A program made the translations under genes and the position numbers. Of a stretch of 64,000 nucleotides of DNA, positions 30,301 to 42,300 are shown one piece after another. The notes below the pieces were generated by a model. The model was not told the origin of the DNA and searched no databases. It worked only from the letters and a program-made list of their open reading frames with translations. Numbering within the stretch: the stretch's first letter is position 1; each line of letters starts with the position of its first letter. The stretch comes from Phoronis australis (Eukaryota > Animalia > Phoronida), in the NCBI GenBank assembly GCA_002633005.1, contig NMRA01000640.1, forward strand, positions 87,277 through 151,276, given 5' to 3'.

Positions 30301-33300
30301 AATACACATGAAAAGCTCAACTAATTGTCAAACTTTAGCTAACTTGCTTAAGCAAAAGATCAGACCATCAAAGGCCGACTGCACGAATCTGCCTAATGAT
30401 CTTAAAATAACAATGCTTGGCAGCAGCGTAATTGCTGAAATGAAACAATGAGCAATTATATGTTGATGAAACATTACATTAGCAGAGCTACGGAAACAAT
30501 TGGTGGGTATGAATTCACATATTTTACCTGGTATTGGGGCATCTAGGAGTGGCACTGATGTCGACGGACCAGCATTGCTAGTCGTCGGGGCTGCTGCCGT
30601 TGCCGTCACATCCGTTTCCATGGCGTGACTCTCGGGCGAGAGCGGCGACCCGTGCATGGCGTCCATGCTAGAGACAGATTCACTACGACGGGGTCGAAGC
30701 ACAAACGGCTGCTCCCTACGGCAGATCTCGACTTCGTGCTGCAAAAAATCAAGTCAAATATATCACATTGAAATTTCGAAAACAATAGCCAAGTTCATTC
30801 TAACTGTATGAGGACAGAAAAACCTGTATGTTTACACAATACATTGTAGCAGCATTTTTCCAGGAGCAATCTTTAAATACAAAGATACACCAACGATGCA
30901 TACAGCTGCATGATGATTTAGCATTTCTTCGACCAGACAACAGAATGGCAGTCTGCGGTCTAGAGATACGAAATGCCGCAAATCTTCGCCTGAATAACTA
31001 CCAAACATTGCTTACAGGAAAGCAGGGGAAGCCACCTTTGAACTCCCCATTTAATGGCAACTCGTCCAAATGCTTTTGAAAAATAAGCAAGAATATGAAC
31101 ACAAACTGCTAACTCGACAGTTTAAATACGGGGGTAATGAAGTAGCCAAATTTGTCTAAAATCCGGGTGTGCGTTCCAACACAGAACTCGAGTTGGAAAT
31201 ACGTAGGCAGGCACAAAAATTGCACCTGGGCGTGTGTAAGCCAGCTGTAGTTCGATCAGTTTCATGTCACTTGTTCTTGCCTCGACAGAAGTAATATGTC
31301 AGATCAGATAATCCTCCAAGTAACAAAGCACAACAGCAACTCAAACGCACACATGTATACATGTCTATGCGTGACGTTCATAAAATCACTTAGGGCTGCT
31401 CCAGCAAAATCTGTATGGGAGGGGGAAGGCACTTTTATTTTGTACCCACCGCCCATATTTTTCATTTATTTCTCCAACCCATGAACCATAATTTTTTAAT
31501 TATTTTTAACAGGTTAAAATATAAAATCCAACACTTGCAAACAAATTGCCTCCAGGAGAACCTGTTCAGAACTTAGATGATTGACAAACAAGAACTAGTT
31601 GTCTTGTCCAATATTGTCAAAAACTAAAGTAGCCTGTGAGCAATACTTTTGGAAGCCACCAGGTGTCTCTGTTCACCAAGTGTCTATAATTTCAATGAAC
31701 ATTTTTTCAATTATAAGGATCAATGAATCTCAAACTGTCTCCACGAACTCTTTTATACTTCTATGTCAAGTGAATATTGGAACTTGTTTATCTTACTCCT
31801 CATACTTTGTATTTAAAAATCATCAATTTTCTTATACGTGTTTACACCAGTTTAGTGTTGCATAACTTTTCAATTCAATAGTACTGCAGACAAACAATTG
31901 ACTCAAATCAAGTTGCCAACGACTTGATTAATGGCTTAGTGAACATATTGCACTCTGTTCACTGGCAATATGGGCTTTTTTGTATTGGGATAAGTTAGGA
32001 TATATGCCAATTGCATTTTTTGAGTTCTGAGGACTTACAGGAACGACCACCCATACTTTGAGTTTTTTTCTGAAGACCACCACCCATGAATTTTTATTTC
32101 TACTGCCGTCCCCCCCTTCCCACACGGATTTTACTGGAACAGCCCTTACATGGAACCCTCTGACAGTCACAACCTACCTCCAGTCTGTTGATGAACGCGT
32201 TCAGCCCCGACTGTGCTTGGAACGCAGTCATGTCTAGGTTGGTGATGAGGTCGACGACGCGCACAGCACGCGTCACAAACGTGATGTGCTCCGACCCGTC
32301 ACCATACCAGTTGATGACCTTGAGCAAAGACTCCATCATGCCGCATGAGACCAGCGCCTCACCACCTACAAGATGGAGCAACAAATTGGTTAGCCAACAG
32401 GGTGCGTTAAACGCCGGTAGGAACCAAACCATATCAAGCTACAGAGCTCAACTTCCACATTTTTCTGATTCCAAACAGTGCTTTTAAAAGTAATTCCTCC
32501 CGAACAAGCCTGGCAGTTTTGAGCACGGGTCTAGACCTGCAATCTAGCATATCAATTAAAAATAAAAAAAAATATTCCAAGAACTCTATAACCGCCTACG
32601 TAGAAACAAAGGAAAAAGTGGGACATTTCTCAAGTTAGATCTCCTCGGTAAAAGTACGAGGGGGGGGCTAAACCTTACGGTGTTCAATTGTAAGACACAA
32701 AAACCAGTCTGACTTCCTAGGCTGAGGCAGTCAGGGGTGACAGTGCCTAGATGATGTAGCACTGTTTGTTCGACCAGCTGTTTGATATACGAAAACAACT
32801 GGAGATCGTCAGTGCGGACTAAGCCCATAACTAGCGCAACAAAACAAAGATGTATGAATGACAGTTCTGTATAATCGTTTTGGCTTTCTGTCACCTAGAA
32901 AACAACATTCAAATTCTGAAATACTACTTTCAGATTTCACCAATTATTCTGCATCTTTGTCTCTTGTGAATCTCATAGACAGAAAGCTTAATGTGCTAAG
33001 CCATTTGAATTTGTTTTATCTTAATTGGAAGTCACAACGAGCAGAATTTACAATGACCACTTCAAATGAAATGTTAGCAGGTAAGACCTCGTGCTACAGA
33101 TGAGATTACAAGTAATTTCAGGTGATCACAGTGCAAACTGAATTTGGAATATTCCACTTAACAATACGAGTCAATAACTAATCACTGACACATGATTTCA
33201 TTAACACTGTGTATGGGAATATACAGTACACACAACATGACCAGGAATTCCTCCTCATGATGGCTGGGTAGAAGCTGAATTCATCGTCGGAGTGGTTTTC

Positions 33301-36300
33301 CTTCGTGACCCAGAATGAAGGGGAAATAACAGGAAAACAAGGTGGCCAAGCCATTCAGTAATTGACCTATCGCCAGGATTTTGAGTGACGGCTGAACTGA
33401 CCAATCAGAACGCAGCATTCTTGATACACCTTCGTTTCCAAGCTGCCACTTTACCCGACAAACAACACGTTGCTGGGTAAAACTTATAACTGGTTTGTTG
33501 ACATTTCGCAAGGGGGCGGAGCTTGCGACAGGTCAGTTAGAATCTTGCCCCCGAAATAATAATTACAAGCCATTTTTGCTGTAAACTGAATTAGCCAGCA
33601 TGATGCTATTTTGTGTTATTACTATCACATTGTACTCTACATTTTGTTATTCATGAGCATATAATGAATGGTAAAGCCAGAGTAGTACCACACTTCAACT
33701 TGATTTCCAGTTGGGGCAGCACACTTCAATACGATAACAGATTGAAGTGACTTTTACAACCAAGCACTGGCCACCGTCGGCTGCTCAAAGAAATTAACTC
33801 ACCACTCTCATAGCTGGCTAAGTGGTACAGGAAAGAAAACAGCGATGTGGAGAAGGGCTGAGGAAACTGTTCGGATGAAGGATCTGAAAAAGATTCAATC
33901 GTGTGATTGCTCAACTCCAATGTGTAACTTTTTTGAGACTTCGCACACCTCTGTGTCAGTCGTTTGAATATCCCCATCACGCAACAGTGGTAATTTGACC
34001 GTCGCAAAGAATTTATAAAAAAAAATGCTGAGAAATTTCACTGCGTGAAATCACTAATCAAGAACCCTGAACGCTGTCCAACAACTACTCAACTGCCATG
34101 TAGCATATTTGATGGCAACAGACTGAAAATAGAAGGTACAAAGTATTTTCCAGAGACAGCCATTAAACATTTTGTAGTAGCCTTTCTCCAGGAGCAACCT
34201 CAACTGCGTGAGGCTCACCAACGATGCACACAGCTACACCTCCATGTAGCATTTCTTCAACCAGGCACCAACACAACGGCTTGTTGCCTGGAGATACGAA
34301 ATGCACGACAGGCAGACATCACTGAACAGGACATAGGCAGCTTTTGGCTCATAAGTTATAAAGAAAGCTATCTTGAATTTGTACCAATCATTTCAGAATT
34401 CATAAAAACTGTATGGCAATAGCCAGATATAACGAATCCGTATTTTCAGAACCAGTTTGATGCCTGCTATTCACTGGAAAAAATGGTTCTCAAAATTATA
34501 TCTGACCATTACCAACGACATATTAGGGTATAAATGATTGATGAGTGATCAGAATTGATAATGATGATATATTTCACACAATATTTTATATATTTGATTG
34601 CCTATCAGAGAACAATGACAAATGATTAAAAGGTTTTCATTGTGATCAAACTAATATCAGACTGATCACCTATCATCAGACAGATTGGAATTCATACCAT
34701 ACAAAATGGGTAACAACACTACTGTTGAAGACTTTTAAAATAATGCAAATTAGAGAATTTCAATGGAAAAACCAAGGAACAACGAGGATATCTATTCAGT
34801 GACTACATTGTCCACTTTACGTTCAGTGCTGCAAACAATTTTGACAATGAAGATGTTTTCAAAGGTAGCTACAGTGACAATGATACACATCTTCTAAATA
34901 ATGTTCAGGATGATTCGCAGCACCCAAAACAAGAATGACAATTCCTCCCAAACTGCCCACAAAATTCAAATGTACGTAGCTAGAGCATGCCACTGAATAA
35001 GTGGGTTCAGCATATAATTACAACATTGACTGATTACCGTACCTGTCATCTGTTGAATACAGGTGCGCACTAGCACAGGTAGGAAGCCGTGGTACGACGA
35101 GGCCCCAGTGGCGTCGATTATGGCGTTTAGCCTGGAAGAAGCCATACGACTCGAAGTGGAAGATTAATACAAAACATTGACAACTACTCAATGTAAAAAA
35201 TCAGTAGCACAAACGGCATCATTACACAATGCCTCTAGGTTTGTGTGTATCTGTCACAGGCAATCTGCTTTCCTCATGAACTACTGGTGTATTCATCTTT
35301 AACAGCATTCAGTTCTAATTTGGTCCAATTTTATTCAGCTTGCGATACTAGTTGACATATTTGGCAACATTGGACCAAACACGCACTGCATAGTGTCCAG
35401 CATCAGATGTGCAAAGAAGTGTGGTTCATAAGAAAAGATTTGCATGCGGAAGAATAGAATCACGGCTTATGAGAAAAAAACATATAGTTTGAAAGATGCC
35501 AGCTGCATTAACGTGTAAGTTACTACGTAAATGAAAATATTAGCGAGTGTCAAAGCACTTACAATTGTTAAACAAAACTCACTTGGGATTTCTCTCGAGG
35601 TGTATGACTGATGTCAATGTCCTTAGTGCCGGTGCTTTGATTTCCTGAAATTGTTGCAAATCAAGTAATTCAAACTTATGTCAAACAAGGGTGTGGCAAA
35701 AGATCAAATCCTAGTCAACTCTGACATTCAATAGCGTGCAATTCAGGGGATTTTTACTTGACCTTCATGTGGAAATGGCCATTCTGAACCTGCCGTCACT
35801 TAATGCAGTAATTTCTCAAATGAAATTTCAATACTTCATCTTAAAACTCTATTTTCCCTGACAGCGTGTTAAGCTGGGTAAAAAACCAAAACACATTACA
35901 ACACAAACTCAGACTCAAACTTTTGCTCACCCAGAATAAGACTGTGATTTCCGTTGCCAGGGAATATAACCCAGACCAATTACAATTCATTCAAACACAG
36001 GTAATCTCTCAAAGCCAAATGACTGTTGATGACTTCTGTGCATATTTCGAAAGGAGGAGCATCTCCACCAGTCAGGTAAGTGTTGAACTAATAATTTGTA
36101 CTACAAATTTGTTCCTTTTCACAAAAAGCGACACATTAAACGAAAATAAATAGACTGAAAGCACGAGTGAGCTCAACTCACCACTAAACGCGCGTCCTTG
36201 ACCTGTAGAATGTCCACCAGCTCCTCAATAAAGCCACCGTATAACAATGTGTTCACATTATCCTGCATGGCATTGGAGTAAACTAAAAACACATCAACCG

Positions 36301-39300
36301 TAAATAAACATCCAACACACCTCAGTTTCTAATTCTATCCCTGATAACAAAAAGAGAAAAAACACAACAGCCCCTTAGCGCCTAACAGAGCTTGAGGCTC
36401 GACTGACACGCTTTCAGTTCACATGATTGATCAAACTTTTGAATGAAGACTAGTGTATTTTGAAGTTCATGCACCTGGGTTTATAAAACAGGCAAATGAA
36501 TTGGTGTGGCAGCAGGTTTCCAGGCAACACTCGACAGTCGAGAGACACCAACGATGCATTTAGCTGCGCTTTAGTCTAGCATTTCTTCGACCAGGCTGCA
36601 GCATATAAATCTGATGCCTGGAGATACGAAATGCAGGGGAAACATTGTTATGACACACATTGATAGAATACAGTTGTATTCAAGAAAACTTGAAGATCAA
36701 GTTAAATTTAATCATAGAATAAACAAACTTGGCTTAAGCATGTAAGTATGAGTCACTTAACTAGAACTTATTGTTAGGGTTTTTAGTGACTGCTTAACTG
36801 ACCAATCAGAACACAATATTCTTGACACACTTTCGTTCCCAAGTAGCTTTTTTACCAGAAAAATGACACGTTTTTGGTAAAATTTATGGTTTGTTTGTCG
36901 ACTTCTTGCAAGTGGTGGAGCTTGTGATTGGTCAGGTGTTGTAAGAGAGCTTTTTAAGAACACCTGACCAACATGCATACTGACCTAGGACAGAGATGGC
37001 CTGAAGTCTGGCTTGAACACATTTGACCCGTTTCTCATAGTCAGAAAATGAATGAGCAAGTCGCACGTGGGTCAGCAAAGACACCTGAAATACGACAACC
37101 GAAACAATGAAGCGATTTCCAACAAAACTCAAAATGTTAAAATGGTAGTGTGTTTACAATCTTCTGAAATTCCCTCTCTTATTTGGGACATTTAATTCTA
37201 GATATCGTACAAAAGTGAGTATCAGCAGAAGAATTTGGGAGCTCATATCTAATACTTTGTACGCTCTTCAACTTATTTGCGCTACTTTACCATTACTCTG
37301 GGTGACACGTAGATCTTAAGAATCCTACCAAACATGTGGGAACGTAGTGTCTACTCTGAGCACAATTTCCACAATCCAATGCTGATTTGAGAGTTGCCCT
37401 CCAGGCGACAGGGGAGACTATTGCAAAGTGCAGACAACAGACAACACAGGAGTAACTTGTGCCGCCACCTGGTGGACAATGGCAACATTTCTACCGAGGA
37501 TGAATGATAGGGGAAAGAATCTGTTTCGAATAAGTGTACTCCACATCAACTTAAGAAAATCAAGGCAACACAGTCTGTTGACAAGTAACCGTTACTTTGC
37601 ACAGGGCCACTACAAAATGATCAGAGCACTTTCGTTAACCCAGAGCAGACAAAAATGACCAACCTTCCTCGATTCAGGAACATTGTAATTCTTCACAAGG
37701 TCTTCCATTATTTCCGACGGCAGTTTCTTGATTTTGTCAACATTTTCAATGTGGATGCAGCCCAACACACTCGAGGAAAACTGAAACAGTTAGATCACAT
37801 AACACATAGCATTTCAACCATATAATGTCTAATTTCAGCTCCAGTTGTAAAGAGTATTTGATGCAGTTATCAACCTGGTCTTATTGTCAAGCAATCCCAG
37901 CAGTCATTTGGTCCAGCATCACGCAGTGTTGATTCACAGGCCAATCGTCTACTATGCTTTAAAGAGTTGCAGTTGAAGTCTTTGCCCATGCTTGAATTGC
38001 TCTGCTCCACACATTCAAAAGAAACTTATTTCAGCACCCATGATATTGCTATGGGTTGGCACTGGCAGTTCCTGTACATGTTGCCTTACTTATGCAGAAA
38101 ATTGTCCATAATGCAATAATATTCCACTTAAAATCAGGAGGCTGTCAGAACTTAGACTACACATAACACCAAAAATTTATGATTTAAAATAAAGCGTGTG
38201 ACCTAGTTGCTCTTACCTTTTTACTTGCTTTGTCCTCAACTTTCTCTTCATAGAATTCAAAGTGAAGCGTAGTAGCACTGCTTGGAAAGCTCTGCCAACA
38301 TAAATGACATGATTTTGTCACTAGGTCACGAGCAACAATTGCTGGCAAATAACAATAGAAACCTTATGTTCGAGAGATTGACTTGTGTTTTTTTATGTTG
38401 CTAAAGTTTTTCTAAGAGCACCTGGGCAGCTCAATATATCTAAATTAACATAAATACTTTGAATAAATACTTTAACATTAATGCAGCACCAAATTACAAC
38501 TCAAACAGATCATTTCACTACTTACTGATATAGGCAAATCTTGACAGCATGCGGCCAGTCCAAACCCGTTGTCTTTACCACCCCAACTCTATAAAAACGC
38601 GACGACACTGGGATTTACATGGTCACAAATGGGCTTTCACATTCATTGGAACAACAGGAGTGTTAACACCATAATGTTGCTATGAAATGGCAAAAATGCT
38701 TAATATGAAGAAAATTGGTGTTTCCTGCACTAAAACATGGTTGTCGGCATCTTTAAGTTTCTCACAGATGGCCAACTTAGATCTTTTTTATAGGATATCT
38801 AAGAAAACAACCTGTGACCAAACACGTGGCTCCAGTAGGCTTATTTTTATGACAACATTGCTATCTCGAGGAGGAGGGACAACACAATGCAAAACCAGAT
38901 TTCAGAATTCCTGGCACTAAGCTCAACCGAGTACGCAGCGAACAATGCGCTGTGGATTCACGGGTATTTGAAATGCGTTTGTCAAACTTTCCAGCATTAA
39001 CAGTGCAGCTCATTGCACTGTTAATGCCGGAACATCAAAAGCAGTCTTCAGCTCCGTAAAGAACACAGCAGCACTAACAGCATTCACCAGATGCGTGAAA
39101 ACAAGACCGGAAAAAGACCTGGCGGAGTCACTGTATTGTGGGTAAATACGACAGAACTTCAAAAAGGGGCATGGTTATGTTTGAGATGGTGCTATTCTAT
39201 CACATTTTGAGCATAATTAATATCGCATAAAGTTCTCATCATGTGAAAACAATAGCAGGAAAATGTTAATAACTGGACTCAAGTAAGTCTTCACATGAAA

Positions 39301-42300
39301 ACAGAATTGCAATGTTCTGATTAGTGCACCTACCTCTGCAAGATGTGTTAGCCTCAGTATTAGGGCCTGTTTCTTCTCTTGGGCGAGACGAGTGATAAAG
39401 TTAGACCGCTTGCTGGAAATGAGAAAAAAACAAATATTGAAGCGAGAATCTTTCTTAAGGTAGGTGGATACACAAAAAAATTAATTTTGACTGTTTTTTA
39501 CATTTTCATATCATCCTAATCTTTAATTCTTGATGCACAGTATACTGAAGAAAAATAAAATCATTCTGAAAATCCAAAGTTGCTTTTTTAGCTATATTTG
39601 ACCAAACCTCAGTAGGTCATATGGCTTGAGTGCTCACCAGCTCAGTGATTGACAACTGGGGCGGAGCTTATATACAAGGACACTAGCTCTAATCTAACCC
39701 TGTCAACAAGCATTGCGTAACCGGGCAATCGAGAGTGATGTACCAGCTGATATTGGTGTTGTAGCAAGACCAAGAATAAAACAATTCTATTTTTGACCAT
39801 GTGAAAGTTGGTAGTGAAATGGTGAACTAGCTCCTGTTCCGAGCCTGAGCCTGTTTGTCTATCTGCAAAAAAATTAAGTTGAGTACGCCAAGCCCTACCG
39901 AAGCCATCACTGCACTCAGCTTGAGGAGTCCGTGCAGAAATTGTGCATGTATAAGAGAAGTCGGTAATATAAGGTCAGTTGTCTTGCGAGAGGACGCTGA
40001 GTGTCGACGTGGGTGGTGTTGCACGATTCGGTGAGAGTGCATACACGCGCTGTGAAGACAAGCCGCGCGCGCGACACATGGACAACTACATGCCGTCAGA
40101 GTAGAGTCTTCGCAGATAAACCGTGCTTCTGTGCTGGGAACGTGCCGTGGAGAAACTAGGCTGTCAAACCCAGAGGTTTTTTAACTTGCCACTGGCCGTA
40201 ACCCAAAGAATTAGAGAAATGACCCAGTGTTCAACATAACAAAAAATTTTCTAGTGCATAGATTCAAACGTAACCCTGAATTAAAACTCATGATATTATA
40301 CGATTTTAGAGGAAAGCAATATAAGAAACTTTAGTAACTTGAGAATCTCACCCAAGCGGCGCTATTTGCGCAGAAAGTGATATTTTCTTATCCCAAAGTC
40401 CATTCGGTACAGGCACGTAAAAATGTTGAACCATTACTATGAAAGTAGTTCTTTATCCTCGTCGCCAATATTGTTATGTAGGCAGTAACGCGGCGATTTG
40501 ATATAACACATATATTGGTTGATGATAATATTGGAATACTAACAAATAGGTCTGTGTAATATAGTTAGAGAGTCTTTTACAAACTGAGTGGAGAGTTCAG
40601 ATGAATCGTATAAACAATCAACACATGGTGGTCGGCACACCAGTACAGCAGACAATAGATCAACGCTAAGCTCCGCCCACGTGACAGCCATATTTGTTTT
40701 GGTCGTCTGTCGTGCATCACAAGTTCGAAAAAATGATTAAAATTACGCTGTAAACAAACAGGTATGTCACATTTTCTAAATATGAAGTAAATATCAGCTT
40801 TATTTCTAGTACTTCAACAAAAATTGGAACATAATGACCACGCATTCTGAACGAAATTTGATCTCAAGTGGCAATCGATGACCGCTTAACTTCAAAGCCG
40901 TTTTTCTCGGCTCGTGATTTCAGGATAGTGACACGATTCTCGGGCCTATTTTTCCACAACACGTGGGTCAATTTTAACGAAAGTTGCAAATTTGAAATCC
41001 TCTTGGACTGAAGTAAAATCGCGTGCCAGGGTTTTTTGATAAATGGACCAGATTTTTAGTTATTAGACGGAAAGTGACCAAATGACAAAAAGTGGCGTGC
41101 TTGCCCCAACTCACACACAAAAAATGCCACAAAATCAAGATCATAATGATTTTGTACATATATTTGGTATGGATAAGTAGAATATTGCGTAAGGAAATAG
41201 TTGATGATGATCCCTGTGCATTTTGAAAAAAAATTCGAGGTAAAATTGGATTTGTTGAAAATTAAAAAATACGATTTTTAAAAAAAACGAACTACAAAAA
41301 AACATTTTTTTTTCGATTTTTGTCACTTTCAGAATCATGTCTAACTAGTTAAAACTCCCTTTTTACTCATTTTAGTTAGGAACCTGGAGATTTGATCAGT
41401 GTATACACCTACCTTAATAGCATCCATCCAAACAAGCATATTGGTTCTAGTCGGTGTTTTTAACATTCATCCAAAAAGGCGTACTTGGTTCTAGTCGACG
41501 TTTTTATTATTGAAAATTCATGTAGTGATATGTAGTTGATTGCATTTCCAAAACTTATCCACCCGATATCAACAAAAGTGAGGTGCTCTTTTGTCATATC
41601 AGGACCACTTCATTGGTGCAGGGACACCAATACCTTGGTTCGTGTTGTTCTGGTTTTCAGATGCTATATACATGGCATGCAGCAACTTAGCCATGAAACA
41701 AAAGCAGGGGTGGATCCAGGTTTTTTTTAAAATGGGGGGTCGAATCAAGAATTTTTAAAAAGGGGTCCAAGTCAACAATTTGAAAATTTTAGATTTGATA
41801 TCACTAAAATCAAGGGAAAAAAGGGGGTCCAGGCCCCCTTGACCTCCCCTTAGATCCGCTAATGAAAAGCTGCCACATAACTCAATGAAAAAGGCAAGAC
41901 AATTCTCATATGATTTTTAGTTCTACCTACCATTTCACATGGTCATATTAAAAACACAACAAATGAATGTGGTTTGATAACTACTGCACATCAGGAATTA
42001 AAACTAATGACATGTGCACTAAACTAGAAAAGCTTACACCACGCTCTACAAGACAATTTCTGTACATCAAGGAATTTCCATCAACAGGCTTATGAATTTG
42101 TAAGCCCGCGAGCCTGTTGGCCAGGTTTCCAAAATGTAGGCCCTGGAACCAGCGGAGGTTAAATGCGTCTTCAACACGAGGAAAGCAACACTCACCTAAA
42201 CACATAAAGAAGGTTGAGTACGGCCAGCACCACAGACATGTCATCAGAGGCCATCAGTGTGGCTAGATGTTCCATAGAGTTGTACAAGTGTCGAGAAAAG

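Larger units (their letters stand above)
27560..33548. repeat. Side-by-side duplicated block (27560-30186 vs 30188-33548), probable uncollapsed haplotypes
   Basis: Near-identical with scattered SNPs and indels, joined by a single n at 30187. Confidence 0.85.
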
